From assembly GCA_051294905.1 (NCBI GenBank), contig CM119378.1:1738001-1802000 (forward strand): a DNA stretch of 64,000 nt, read 5' to 3'. Positions 24,635 to 38,981 of the stretch are shown in pieces. The stretch's first letter is position 1, and each line of letters begins with the position of its first letter. Position numbers and translations under genes: made by a program. Below the pieces are notes generated by a model, which saw nothing but the letters and a program-made list of their open reading frames with translations, did not search any database and had not been told where the DNA came from. Origin of the DNA: Botryllus schlosseri (taxonomy: Eukaryota).

Positions 24635-27600
24635 CTCCATAAGAATATCATTGCATTTCCGGTACATTGGCATGAGGCACATGCAAGTTTGAAGTCAATA
24701 CTTTAGGCGCACCCATAAAATATCCCAGTTGCAGGCGATCAATACTGCAGCGATCTGCGTGATTATTAGTACAGCATTTGGTTGAGGTTAGTGGCGAGAA
24801 TTTCAAACTAAATCTACCCCATTCCCCGATCTATAATCCTGATGCGAGAGCGTTTGAAATATGACCAATAAGATATCTCGGTATGTAAATAGTATAAATG
24901 TGCGGTTAATGTTTCAGAAGAAATGTAATTATCAATCACATTGAGCATTAAGTACGTTGCATCATGATTGCTTGTAAGTTCTCGTCACTCAAGGAATGAG
25001 GTAGTTGGAGTTGCCAACATTACAAATTATTGCGTCACATGATAGACTATATGCTCAGAGACGTCGTGTCTAGACAGAATATCGGATCAACATTACTGTT
25101 GTCATTATTACATCACAAAATCACGCCATTCCAAGTGCTCGTAAAACCGTAGCACAAGCGTGTATTTGATCCTACACAGCGTTCAATAGTTCACGTTCAC
25201 ACATAACAAAAGCGATCGTATTCCGTGAACAGCGAACAACGTACGCTTCATAAAGCTTGCACAGATCATAATAAAATGTATATAACACCAAAGTATGGAA
25301 GTATGGAAATGTCATTCCATACCATAGATTAAAATCTTCCATTCCATACCATACTTGCATTGTTCCATATTCCATACCAAAATATCGATCCATACCATAC
25401 CATACTTCCATACCATACCATACCATACCATGCCCTGGCTAGAGGCCTTTAATGGGGAATGGCAAACCAACCAACCCACGATTACAAAGTATTTCTTGAT
25501 TGTAGTAGTTTTAATGGTTAACGAATGTGACTGTTTTCTCAATAGCAGTCGAGTTTCATCATGTGCGAGGCCATATGGTGGGGCTACTTATATTTAAAGA
25601 GTTTCTTGGAGGTACAGAACGTCAATATACAATCGAATAGTATATGAATATGAAAGTGTCGTATAAAGTCGTTAATCAATCCTGGATCATTGCCTACTGT
25701 GCAGCAGGTCACACTTGCACATTAAACGTACACTAGTTCAGCAGTACACAATACATGTATTACCATTCCAAAGTTTTCGTCATTCCACTTATACGCTATA
25801 ATCTGAATAAGGTTTATATAGGCCTATAGCCCTATACAATACTATCATAGCTACGGTAATTCCACGTACATTAAAATCATAACGTCTGAAGAAATACATC
25901 GCACACCGCTTCGACTGAATGCTTTCTAGAGAGGAATGGATTTTCGTAGAACTATTGTCGACTACTCAGCTAGCATGGTAAGTATTTTTTATTTATCCAG
26001 TTGCTGCGCGTGGCGTTCGGCTCATCCCGTTTCGTTCTACAACCTGCGTCATTAGGTTGTGAAACGACATTTATTGTGCTGATATGACGTACGCTATACG
26101 CCTTTAGTCGGAAAATGACTTTCAACAAACTTGACTTGCTCGTGCTGCGAAGAATTGCTTGGTAGACTGCAGCCATTCGTCATGCAGACGTATTTGCAAC
26201 CGTGCGATAGCAGCAGATGATGTTCTATGGCGTCTGTTCTGTGCTAAACAAATTCACCGATTGCCCTTTACGGTTGATAGCGACTCATTCGCCATGGGTA
26301 CCATTTTGATACGGTCTACGTATGCTACATCGACACTAAATATAAAACAATGATTTTCCTTGCAGTTGTATCATACTACTGATAAATAATCGTGACACCA
26401 GAGCCTAGTGTGTGCGTACGCACTGACAGCCTTGTTCTACGCAGCCCTATATTTGCGATATGTACGAGTATTATGCTTCGTCATCGTGATATCTATTCAA
26501 TAACACGAGCTCAGTCGTAAATATAGAAAGGCTAGGTGGCTCTTTCGTAGTAAGTTTCGTGTTACATATATAGATTGACCGAGATAATACAGAAATGATA
26601 CGCGTGCACCTTGAACCTCGTTAACTCAGTGACCCTAAAACAGCATTTTTCCCTCAATAAATGCGACTGAGTATGGCCGTACAAAATGGAGATCCGATAC
26701 AATTACGTTTTCCCTGAAGGAGTCTCTTGATTGAACAGCACGCAAAATCGTCCTTGTAAGTAGAAAAATTATTTCGTTTGAGCTAATTGTAAGTTCTGTA
26801 GTGACTATAGTCATATAGACTATAGGAAGTAGTTCTCGATAATATAGGTAATAACTCATAGATAGGTAATAAGATATTGGTGTATGCTGTTACGAACTGA
26901 AATCGATACCCATATGCACGGTCAATTTTACCCAATGGGAAATTATCATTTATAGTGACTCAATTCCCTGTCTCAATTCGTGTGACATATGCAATGCATG
27001 CAGGTTTTTTGTGGATTGCAAAAACACCAGTTCGGCAAAATGCGCCTTCTCCGAATAATCAAACGTGAAGCATATGAAGAAAATTAACCAAGAAAAGAAT
27101 TCAAATTCACTGACTGTTAATATCCACGCATAGTCACAACAGTAGATGATTTGCACGCGCCGATTATTGATGTATCTGTGTCCGTAATACCAAATTCACC
27201 TGTCAATGTTGATCAATGGTATGTGTGTGAGAACGATACACATTCGACTGTGAAAATATCCCACTTCGTTGTGATCTCATTGGCAGCATGATTTCATATA
27301 TGGAACATTACTTAAATTTCTTCGACATGTAAGCAATCACGAATCAACTGAGTCATCACTGAAAGGCTGATGAAATGACAAAGATTGGTGGTAATTTACA
27401 ATGTCGACCAAAGTACTGCAAAGTTAGTTGTCGTCGAGAAGAACAAAAGGGATCTTTGTTCGCATTACGATACGGTCGCATGCTCAATGCTCATGCAGAA
27501 AACAACAAATGCAGCATATCCAAATGCAGATTTTTTTCCTCGCAGGCCGGAAATCCATTTTTGGCAGCTTCAGTCAGGCGTAATCGTTCTTGCACTACCC

Positions 27601-28430
27601 AGCGCCCATATAGGCGAAGGCGATTTAGCTGCAGCAGTTTTACAGCTGTCTTGACAACGGAGGGTGTCGAGAGTCAGGTACACTACAACGCTGAGTGGCG
27701 ATTAACTCTCGTGGGGGTAACGGATAAAATTCAAAGGCGAGGTCAAGTGTAGAACTAGGGTCCATCAAACTCTGTAGAGAATATGTATATCCGGGCTAAT
27801 CGCCTATTTTAGCAAAGGTCCAATCATAAAGGTTAAATCTATTATAACTTTCATAAAATACAGTTTAAGTCAAACAAGTGTAATAAAGCATAACTATTTA
27901 CCAAATCCGGTACAGATGTATTAGCAAAAGTAAGAAACTATAAATGTATTTGCTTTTCTGTTAGTCAGAGCTATGGGAGAATTGGCATTTTTCTATTTCC
28001 TGCTAGTTTTTTAAATCTCGGTTCTAAAATGGTGAGGGCGATTTTAAGGAAGTCGTGAATGTACTTACTTATATGCGAAATCTATCTTTATAAAGTTTCT
28101 ATTTGGAAACGCTGACTCGCAGCTGTAAGTAGACCCAAGTATAGTGAGAACTTGCACTGCTATTTGCGAAACTATGATGGCGTAATGGTGCGATCGATAC
28201 CCATAAAGCCGTCCTTGTCCAACGGAATATGCACATCGTGCGCTCATGGTGTGCATATGCGCAGATCACGTATACCATGGGTCGGTGTATCCGCCGCAAA
28301 AACATCAAGGACAAAATGGACAACGTCCATAAATGCTAAGACAAATAAGATCCGGATTTGACACCGAGAAGGTCCGGCAGTTGAGTAGCCGTGGTGTATA
28401 TATACACTAGTTGTCATCAAACATTTTGAG

Positions 28431-29493
28431 TAGGGTTAGTTCGGATATCAATAATTTTCACTATCCGGATAACGGATATATCCGGATATTTTGGAATTTA
28501 TCTAACCGGTTAACCGGATAATAACTGCTAAGTGAGACAATCGATTTCATTAGGTCTGCATGTAAAACGGATCGCAAAATCATTACACAGTGTTATTGTA
28601 GAGTACCTACCTACGCGCGCAGTATAAGTGAATGCGAGAAAAACCACGCAAATTTAATGTTCACTGCTTCTGCAATGCCCTCTTTATAAAGCACAGATGC
28701 ATCAATTGTGGGATCCTGTAGCCGGGACCGGAATTTTGTAACAAAGAGTCCACGTTCATTGAATGCTTTTTCAGCTTCCACAGAAGTGGGCTGAATAGAA
28801 AGCAGCGCTTCGTAGAGAGTCAAAAGGCTGGCAGGTCGTACGCCGGAAACTTCAACGGCTTTACATCCTTTTGACCATCCTTATGTTTAGGTTTGGAGTA
28901 CTAGAAGGACGACTAACTGATACTGGAATTGATGCCGACATGATACCTCGCTCTAATTCACGTGATCAGGCACGCAGCCAGTCGAAAATGTAGGGGGATT
29001 GAAATAAAATCAGGGGTTTCGATTTTTTTTTCGAATTAATCATCAGCGGAAATCAATTACGCTTGCACGCACGCACATTTTTGCGAACATTCGATGTCAT
29101 TCAGTTTCGCGGTGTCACTCTCAGAATCACTAATTAGAATACACTTAACGGCATATCGTCAACAAGCCATCGAGAGATAGGAGCCAATGCATGCTGGGTC
29201 CGAGATGGTTAGGCCAGCGATTATATCGTTCGTAGGCCTCTTGCAGATGCGATTGTGTAGGTCAACGATAATATCGTGAGCACCATCTCGCTAATTGGCA
29301 ACACGCTTCTCGTTAATCGGCCGCGCCAACACTGAATACGACTTATTGAAGCTTACTAAAACGTGTAAAATGCATTAGCAACGATTCTTTTTTATCCGGT
29401 TAACCGGCAGAAAAATATCCGGATATCAGATAGTGAAAATACCTGTGGTTAACCGGTTAACCGGTTAACCGTTATCCGGATAATCCAACCCTA
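28431..29493 (-). mobile_element. Ac-type hAT deletion derivative with dimerisation-domain remnant
   Basis: TAGGGTT...AACCCTA termini, CCGGATA/CCGGTTAA subterminal repeats, perfect TSD ATTTTGAG. Minus ORF 28611-28823 reads LLSIQPTSVEAEKAF..GLFVTKFRSRLQDPTIDA (hAT C-terminal domain). Confidence 0.85.
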
Positions 29494-30766
29494 ATTTTGA
29501 GTTACGGTATTGCAAATTGTAACATAACAGTATAAAACCTTGACTTCAACTCTTGCAACCCGCAATAAGTATGTCGCTCTCGAAAATAGTAATTTTGATT
29601 CTGGTCTTGTCAGCGAGTGTCTGTCACTCGAGACACCGCCATCGTCAAGGAGGGCGCGGACGTGGGAATTCCGGTACCACGGAGACAAAAGGTGGGCGCA
29701 GTGCAGATATTCTACTCAGGGATGGCAAGACATCTTTCATGATCGAGCCGTGGATCACAAAACCGCCACACAAGCATATTAGAATGCGAATTCATTCACT
29801 CACAATGAAAATAGGCTATTAAATAATTCTGTTGTGTGGTGAATGGTGATATTGTAGTTCTTCACCTGGACTGCTGAGTGTTTGAATTTAGTCTGATATG
29901 ACATCAAAGCAGTGCGGAGCAGTTCCTTAGTTAAGTCATTTCACAAATTCAATCGCGGGATAAACATGATTCAACAATATTTTATGCTGAAAATAGAAAT
30001 CAGCTGATACCTGTGTTCTTCATGTTCGGGTATTTTACTTCTGCTTCTATACAATACTTGACTGTGGCCTGTAGTGGAAGGCTAATCTATGCATTCATTG
30101 GTATCATTAGCCTACAATTACAATGTTGTGTGCAGTGCAATATTGTCCGCCTGGCGCTAAACCGTGATATATTTACGAGTTACTTTATTATAACTATGTG
30201 CATTGTGCATGTGCACTGCAGTGACTGCACAGTGCACCAATGTCGCACATGAACTTTTCAGTTCGCAAGGGTAAACTCTATTCGAGAGTTCATTTATGCT
30301 CAATTATGACCATGTATAGTCACACTCTCCAAGTTTTCCCGTCCCTACGTAAACGGCACACTACAATTCCCATGTTGTTGCTATGTGATAGAATGCACCG
30401 GTTTATAATCAGATGAAACATGTTGCCAATATAGGGAAATGCATGTGTTGTGGAATCATTAACGAGTCGCGATCAAAGACTCAAAATCTGCAGTTTAACC
30501 ACCCATACAATCTAGAGTTCTAGACTATATATAATATGATAGGGAGCTCGACAGCGATATTACATTCCATTCTATTTCAGGCAAGAAAGCGTTCAGAATG
30601 TTCGATGTATTTCTTCGACTAGGCGAGTGTGTGGCGTGTGGACAGTGCCCTACCGAAGAATATCAAAGGAATTATCCGAGGAGCAAAACGTGTGACGATT
30701 GCATCAATCCATGCTACATTCCAGAACAAGGTCGTATAAGTGTAGCGTACGCCGTTCATTCTAATC

Positions 30767-31483
30767 CAGGGCCGGCCAACCCGTGGCCCGCGGGCCACAT
30801 GTGTCCCGCAAGATCGTTTTGAGTGGCCCGCGAGGTAATTTCTGGAATTTCAAATATTATCAAAAATGGATTGCACAGATTGTGAACTTGCAAGGCCAAT
30901 CAAAAATTATGATTAGTCTGGCCGCAACACTTGAGATGTGATGACTAAAATATCAGTTCCGACGCATTGGCAGATCAATGAGCCAGTCACATATTGGTAG
31001 ATCTTCGTACTATACAATAAAGCAGAATAATTTGCGATAGATTTATCAAAAGTAAAAATTTTCTACACGCTTCGCGCATCATGTTGTCACTCGATTCCTT
31101 GCTTTTAATATTGTTGCTCCTTTGTGAAAATGAAAAAAACGCCTAATTTATCAGATTGAATCCAACTATATTCGCGATTACGAGACAGAGTGTCGTTCAA
31201 CGTATGCGACCTTGCGTTTGCGCTCGCCGAAAGACCGTCGACTATAAAACCTATAGGCACAAAATGATTGACGCATGTCGGTCGAAGCTTTCGATATCGA
31301 TATGTCCAGGCCCCGAATAGTCCAGTCCTTGCAAACTGAGCCCAGCGATATACAGCAGGCCCGCAATATAGTCAAGTGATAATATTATTGACCTAAATAT
31401 TTCGCGCTTCGCGCGGCTAGTGGCCCGCGCAATAGTTCGTCATTCGAATGTGGCCCTTTGGCTGAAAAGGTTGGCCACCCCTG
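30767..31483. mobile_element. Charlie-like hAT MITE
   Basis: CAGGGCCGGCCAACC...GGTTGGCCACCCCTG; perfect TSD TTCTAATC. Confidence 0.85.
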
Positions 31484-32450
31484 TTCTAATCGGTCGGCCA
31501 GGATACCAATCAGACTCGACATCCATAGATAATTCTATAGTAGTCAAATTAGACTAATTAGAGCGAAATGACGCAATGTGGAATGTTTCTGTGCTCTAAT
31601 CTTTATTCTAATGGAAATTCTGGTTTTCCGGCAAATGCTTCTGGAGAACTGTATAGTGCGAGACCAGCCAAAGCTTGCTGTACAGACATTTGCTATGCTT
31701 ATGATAATGAACTCTGATTTAATGTGAATTGAATTCCATTTAATGCCCAGGTTTTCGTGAATTCATAGCATCTCTAATTCAAATCTAATTTTGAAAAAAA
31801 AATGTAGCTATCATTCTAAAAAATGTGTAGCTATAAAGTTTTATAATCTAGTTTAGAAAGCCAAAAAATTTCTAGTCGTTCAAGCCTGGTACGAATGTAT
31901 TTACGAAATTACTGACCGTATTCGTTGGCTATCGTGTACCACTCCATCAAACCATAGACTGCAGCGGTATTGAAACTGACCTGATGTTGAGCGATAGGTT
32001 TCGGGAGCGGGACACTACTGCGCAGTGTACACTGTGTGCACTGTGCAGTGCATAGCTTCTCCTTGTTTGTGATTTTGAGTGACATTGTGCGTTTCGCTCT
32101 AGTACCGTATGCTTGCTAATGATACACAGCTGGTTGAAATGAATAAGAACAATTGAAAGCTCCGACCATGTTGTAAAGCTTCAATTATTGCAATACGAGA
32201 ATTCTAAGCAGACAGAGACACATATGGCAAGTGGCATGTCCCACTGCGAAATACCAAAGGGTTGGTAGTTCGTGTCTTCAGAGTACCTTCGTAAGCAGAG
32301 CTGGACTCGACAACTGTAGACCATTTTCAGCTTTCAGTTCGATTAGAATTTGAATTATAGCTACAGCTGCAAAACCAATGGGTTGCGGGTTCGAGTCCGA
32401 TCACGGTCGACACCAGAATGCCTACCTACGTGTTGGAGGTTTATCTATAG

Positions 32451-33516
32451 CAGGGGTCACCAACCCGGTGCCCGCGGGCACCAGGTAGCCCGCGAGGACT
32501 AGATGAGTAGCCCGCGAGCCCATTCTAAAAATAGGTGGAATAGCAGCATTTACCAATATTCGTCAGATTATTACCCGCGAGCTTTTAAATCTATAGATTT
32601 ATTTATTCAGCTCTTTTTGTTTAAAACACACTAACATGTAATTTACATATATAAACACTTGAAAATATCTTCAATTAGAATTAGTAATATATAGATGTAA
32701 ATATGTGATAGAATCACCAGAAATTCAAGATACGGCGCATTGCCTATAAAGGCGACATGACGGAATGCCGTCCACAGTCTTCTTGAATTGGTGGGGGGTT
32801 CCGTTATGATAGCTCGACGATCAGGACAATGCCAAATTAGTAAACAATATTACTATTCGAAGTCTGATAACCGTGAAGTACTAGCAGATTTTCAATATCT
32901 GTATACCCAATACGTATTGCATCTTTTGGCACAGTTTGTTTCTGTTACACTCAACGCAGTTTAATATACCATGTTTCTAGCTTTCTGTAATCGTTGCTGC
33001 TGTCCGGTATAATGATATCTTTTCGTTTCTGGATGCTGAACAGTTGGAGATTGAAATTGTAACACTGCAAAATGACCCCCACCTAAGTCTGCAGCAAACG
33101 TTTGGTGCATTGTTGATACGGAAAAGTAGAGTGGTGTATGCGCAACAGCTATGAAGGCTGCAAGCGTCTATGGTTCAACTTATCGTTGTGAATCAGCCTT
33201 TTCGGACATGAACTTCTTCAAAAATAAACACAAAACACCATTAGGCCTAATTAATGCACATCTGGTACACTCACTCAGAATTCCAGTGTCAAGTTAAATA
33301 CCAGAGTACAGTGCACTAGTTGATATCATACAATGTCAGGCTTCCCACTGACTGCTATAGAAACAGATAACATGGATGTCCAGTCCTGCCCAGTGCTATG
33401 AATATCAAAGGGAAAATTCATTGTGTTGTGCGTGAACGGCGGGAGTAAATGGTAGCCAGCCGCTTCAATCATTACCCAAAAGTAGCCCTCGGCTGCAAAA
33501 AGGTTGGTGACCCCTG
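32451..33516 (+). mobile_element. Buster/SPIN-type hAT deletion derivative
   Basis: CAGGGGTCACCAACC...GGTTGGTGACCCCTG; perfect TSD ATCTATAG; remnant YGSTYRCESAFSDMNFFKNKHKT at ~33168-33240. Confidence 0.88.
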
Positions 33517-33763
33517 ATCTATAGGCTCCTCCTCGCCATATCATACGTGAAAGCGGTGTCAAGCCTAAAAGTGGACCGCGCTACAAGTCGGTACCTATAC
33601 TACCTACGGAATAAAAATACAGAGATTGGCCTGGTGTAAATGACCATAGCAGTCGAAAAACACCATGAATACCACAAATAAACAAACAGCTACAGCTTGG
33701 CTCGTTTCGTAATATACAATTCAAGTGGCATTTTTTAGAATTAATAATATAGTATAGAAACAG

Positions 33764-34378
33764 TAGGGCTGTTCAAAAATAACTTTTTTCTTGAATCTTG
33801 CTTGTTACTTGATTAAATCGTTAGGTTGCCTTAAAAAACGACGCACACCAAATTTGAATTCATTCCGACAAATATTCGCGGTTTACGTAGAGTTTGAAAA
33901 TTTTGGATTTGCCCAAAAACGCAAAAAAATTTTTTCTCAAATTTTTTTGCCAACCCCATGAAATTGTTGGGCTGTCTTCAAAAACTATGCAAAACAAATT
34001 TGACTCAATTCCAAGCCGTACAAGCGAAGTTATTCCAGTTTTTCGGTGATAATTGTTGGATTATCCACCAATCAAGGATAATCCCAGAATTATCGAATAA
34101 AAACTGAAATAACTCCGCTTCTACGGCTTGGAATTGAGTCAAATTTGTTTTGCATAGTTTTTGAAGACAGCCCAACAATTTCATGGGGTTGGCAGAAAAA
34201 TTTGAAAAAAAAAATTTTGCGTTTTTGGGCAAATCCAAAATTTTCAAACTCTACGTAACCCGCGAATATTTGTCGGAATGAATTCAAATTTGGTATGCGT
34301 CGTTTTTTAAGTCAACCTAACGATTTAATCAAGTAACCAGCAAGATTCAGGAAAAAAAGTTATTTTTGAACAGCCCTA
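33764..34378. mobile_element. 615-bp near-perfect palindromic MITE
   Basis: Arms of ~295 bp are reverse complements (TAGGGCTGTTCAAAAATAAC...GTTATTTTTGAACAGCCCTA); TSD AGAAACAG/ATAAACAG. Confidence 0.9.
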
Positions 34379-35946
34379 ATAAACAGTTCGCAAATTTGAT
34401 TAGAATTTGATTACAGGGATTTCGCTCAAATTAGATAACTTCTAGAAGTCTGTTCTTAAGTAATGCAGGTTTATCTAGGCTCCTTAACACTATCCGTTGC
34501 GAGTAAGCGGTGTTCTGCAAAAGTCGGTTGTTCATGAATCACATAAATGTTGACCAATGACCAATGAATGGACCATAGATGGCAATACACCATGACTATA
34601 CTAAAACCCCAGAATCACACAAAATTCATGAATCGGAGCTGCAATAATGTCGAGTATTGAATTCTATGGTGCGTTTTATATCTGCCCATAGCTAATATCA
34701 CAGAACAGAACCACTGTTGTTCATTTCAATTTAATGCGGAGTATTCATGGATAGTATGCTACTCTGGTATATATCGGTGTGTCAACAAACTTTTCTCATT
34801 TAGAATGCAATTACTGGAACGATAGCTGCAATTGCACCTTAGATACAGCAAGCATCGTCAAGACCTGCAGGAACTGCCTAAGTATGCTTCGACATTTCAT
34901 TCATCCTGAACATATTTATCGGGGAAACAATGACCTGTATATAGGCTTATATCCGATAATACGTGTCACGAATGAAGAAAATTGCTAATCAAGTCCTGTT
35001 CCGGTACCAAATCTACATCGAGGCTCAATACCGTAACGTAGTTGATATTGTGTAGGTAACGACACATATATAAGGACATAAGTTGAAATCCAGCAAAGCG
35101 AACAATATTACCTCATATAATTCATCATCGCAAATTCTCTGCTCAATTCAAATCCGACTTCCCCAAATCGTCAAATCGGTTTTTGTGTTTTATCTATGAG
35201 TTTTGCCTCTGGTACACAATACGCAATTTGAAATCTGCATAGGCGACACCGTGGAAGTATAGGCCTACATGAGGTAATACAGTGTATTGACATCGGGTAC
35301 CGTTTCACTAATTGACTCCCGTCACAACTATTGCCGATAATAATCAGGGCGATGACCCTGATCAAAAGCTTATCACTTTGTCAGTTATTCAAATAGGAAC
35401 AATATTTTAGCCATTATTCTTCATAGATCAGTTCAATTTACCATGTTCCATTCCCAACTTCGTAAAATATTAGGCGTATATGGAAATAGCTACATTCGAA
35501 CTGCGTCAGATCCTATGATCAGGTATCGTATATGCACCTTTTGATGGTAACAGCTAACAATGAAGAAGCCAAACCACTTGTTTGATTACATCACTGAAAT
35601 GCACTGGGATATATGAATATTGAATATATCCAGTATACGTATTTGAATTCGATCACATCCTGTCGTAAAATATTTGTACCTCATGCGGGTATTCAAGCTA
35701 ACAATGAAGAAACGTAATAAAAAATCGTTGTTGGATAACATCAGTGAAATCAATAGCAGCAATGTAGTTGGTCAATAGTCAATTTGCGGGACTTTGGCTG
35801 CGTGATCCGTTGCGCATCACATATAACAACGATCGGCTGGTTGTAATTTTTGAAGATTTAGATTTAGATCTTTGCAATAAGCACAGCGACGCAAAAGAAT
35901 GTAGCTTTTGCTATAGTCAGTCGATCGTAGCTATGAGCCCCGCGAG

Positions 35947-36400
35947 TAGAGGGGGATAGCGTAGTGGTGACGATAAGCGCCTATACCGCAGGCGGCATGG
36001 GTTTGATTCCGCGTCGGAGGTTATTCTGGGCTTGTCTTCCCCCCGTCGGTGACAAGAAAGCCCAGGAAAATACCCGATGAATTGGAGCACTCACAAGGAA
36101 TGGAAACAGCAAGAGATAGCCGCGGAATAGAGACTAACATCGAAAATGGAACTGTGAAATCGAGCACTAGGCCGAGGTGGATGTCAGTTGAAGAGACCGC
36201 TACTGCAACCGCAACTGGTCGTTCGGCATCCTCCTATCTGTTCATTGCATCACATTGTACATTGTGTGTGCGGATGAAAATATATTCTGACGAATATTAA
36301 ATATAATAATAAATAGGCTATAGGAGGCTTGAACAAGACCTGATTTCAATAATCATGAAACAGCTCAGGTGATGTCGCGTAGTGCGAATATATCTGTTCA
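35947..36400 (+). mobile_element. tRNA-headed SINE family B, most complete copy
   Basis: A-box TAGCGTAGTGG and B-box-like GGTTTGATTCC; colinear with 8523-9262 and the inverted copy at 41344-41613. Confidence 0.72.
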
Positions 36401-36774
36401 GTGTTCATTACACCGCATTGTGTCTTATCGCATTATGCATTGCGTGTATCTTGTTCAGATGAAAATATAGACCGACAGTTACAGATTTATTGATTGAACC
36501 GTCGACTGAATTACACGCATATTTTCAGATATTGATGTCACAAACGAGTGTCTGTCGTGCACGCCACTGCCAGAGGAAATATGTTCCCATGTCCCCTACA
36601 AAGCCAACAAACCGTGAAATGTGGATGCCATGCCGATACATGTTTCTTCGTTATTATACTTAAATATATTGGTGTTTGTGTCTGTATAGCAGTCAACACA
36701 GGAACTTTAGGCATTTTATCGCGGGTTAGGGTGTTCCTGCTTACAGTTATAGATGTATTAGAAGCAGAAGAAAG

Positions 36775-38314
36775 AAGACTTGGACAACTAGAAAATTTTC
36801 AGCTTTTCCGAGTTAGATTACAATTTAAATTAGAGCTACATAATGTTTTCGAGACTAGATTAGAATTAAAATTAGAGCTTCACAGGTTTTTCCAAGTTAG
36901 ATTAGACTTAGAATTTGAGCTACTACACAGCTTCCAAATTAGATTAGAATTAGAATTTGAGTCAACACATTTTTTCCAAACTAGATTACAATTGGAATGA
37001 CTGAATTCGCAAAAACTTGAAAATTGAATGACATTGTGAATGGGAAATAAATACAGAAAAAAAACAGTTCATATCAAATCACAGTGAATTCCATTAAGCA
37101 TGAGAATAGTTTACGTCTGTACACCAGGCTTGGGTCGTTTTGTACTATACCAGGGGTCACTGCACTCGCGTTCGGCGATCTGATTTGTGATTTTGGAAGA
37201 ACGCGAAATAAAGCATTTTGAAATGCTAAAATTGATTTCAGTTTCAAATTATTGTTGATTCAGAATAAGCTATTCGCCTGTGCCCAACAACACTATTCCA
37301 CACTAGCTGAAACGGCTTTGGCGATGGCCACAGCATTCCTTTGATGACGAGTCTGCTTGCATCAATAAGCAAACTGCCTTGACTATTGCAATGGTCTAGC
37401 TCAGTGTTGTCAACCTGGGGGGGGGGGGGGCGCGAAGAAGCGGTCAACTGAAAAAATATTTCGCGCTCTGCGCGATTTTCCTCCAATTCACGCGTGTTTC
37501 TCTACATATAGACCGAATTTCATTTTTTTTTTATTCTCTCAACAACAGTCATAACCTTCCATGCCATCAAACAATCTGTTGAGGTTGCTAGCATCCCGGT
37601 TGGATTTTGTGATATGACGATAAGGGGGGCGCGAAATTTTTCACTATCATAAAGGAGGCGTGTCTAAAAAAAGGTTGGGAACCACTGGTCTAGTTAGAGT
37701 CAAGACACTGCCGAGACCGTGATGCTTTCAAAACGGCATAGGGCGTCCCCACAAGATCAATCTTTAGGATGAGTGATTAGCAATCAATCTTTCAGCTGGT
37801 AACATGCCTGGCTAGCCGCAATATCGATTCATTAGTCGCTGGAAAGCGTTGTCTGGTATCGTGCGCAGCTCATTGGTCAAAATAAAATTAAGTTTATGTT
37901 CATGATATTTTTTGTTGTATTTGTACTATATTAATAAAATATTACTTTTGCTGTAACCATGAGCATCGCCTATGTTAATCAGCACGGCGTTGTGCTAACC
38001 TAAAGTTTTGAAAACTAGAATGTTGTTCGCAGACAACAAGCTACGATATGCTATTCGTCACAATAACTACTATGACTGTACGATGTAAGTAAGGTACTGA
38101 CACTGGATGTCCCCGCGCGAGAGGGATATTCTTGTTATCTCGCTGCAAAATGCCTCAGACAAAGAGGCATTTTCAGGAAAACAATAATTATGATTAGAAT
38201 TAAAATTAGAGCATAGAAACACTTCACAAATTAGACAAAAAATTGATTACTGTCATTTTTGCTCTAATTTAGTGAAATTAGATAACTAGCATTATATATA
38301 GTTGTCCAAGCCTG
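36775..38314. mobile_element. hAT-type element with ~36-bp TAGATTAGAATT tandem repeats
   Basis: Ends ..GACTTGGACAACTA / TAGTTGTCCAAGCCTG; TSD GAAGAAAG/GAAGAGAG; related ends at ~680, ~16790 and ~31875. Confidence 0.7.
37402..37687. mobile_element. Charlie-like MITE nested in 36775-38314
   Basis: CAGTGTTGTCAACC...GGTTGGGAACCACTG; TSD GTCTAGCT/GTCTAGTT; poly-G tract. Confidence 0.75.
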
Positions 38315-38621
38315 GAAGAGAGGAGGTGGGTATATCGCAACGGAACAGTGCGGGACTGAATGAGAAGGTTTCAAAGGTATTATCGAAGGCTATAGTGTAA
38401 CCGCTCGGATCAGTCCAAGAACTGAGCCTTGGATCAGGTAACCAGATCGGAAGAGGACAAAGTGTTAAAGATCGCAACAATTTATTAACGAAACCCATGT
38501 AACGTGATGATTTCGAATGGAAAATACTAAGATATGCGGCCTACTCGGTACAGTCGAACGCCGTTTTGGTATCAAGAAAAATACAGTAAATATCATAGTG
38601 TATCCTACACTGGTGTAAAGT

Positions 38622-38981
38622 TAGGGTTACCATACGTCCTCCTTTTTCGGGTTTTTGAAAATGTCCTCTTTTTGAGAATTTTGGTTAAACACTGGACAAA
38701 ATTCGACCGAAATACCATAAAATAGCACCGAACTAACGCTCAGGCGGGTATTTCGGGAGCTGAGCGAAAGTTGACCTTTTATTTAGTCAACCACCTGATA
38801 AAGTGAAGAAAAAAACAATATTTTGGGCGCTGAGCGAGAAAGTTGACCTTGTTTTTAGGCAACCGACCACGAAGTGGGAAAAATATACCATTTTCAGGAT
38901 TTTCCACCGGTATTATAAGCTTGGAAATTTTGAAAAAGTGCCCTCCTTTCCCGATTCCAGAATATGGTAACGCTAACCCTA
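38622..38981. mobile_element. hAT-type MITE
   Basis: TAGGGTTACCATA...TATGGTAACGCTAACCCTA; perfect TSD TGTAAAGT. Confidence 0.8.

Larger units (their letters stand above)
22769..25437. mobile_element. hAT-type element with (GGTAT)n/(ATACC)n subterminal repeats, containing nested insertions
   Basis: CAGGGCACGGTATGG...CCATACCATGCCCTG with perfect TSD GCTAGAGG at 22761-22768 and 25438-25445. Confidence 0.8.

Noticed and set aside
27375..27752. Overlapping 89-125 aa ORFs
   Set aside because: No recognisable domain or splice support.
36548..37000. 150-aa ORF with repeated FQxRLELxLE units
   Set aside because: Produced by the ~36-bp tandem repeats of a MITE; it crosses the element boundary.
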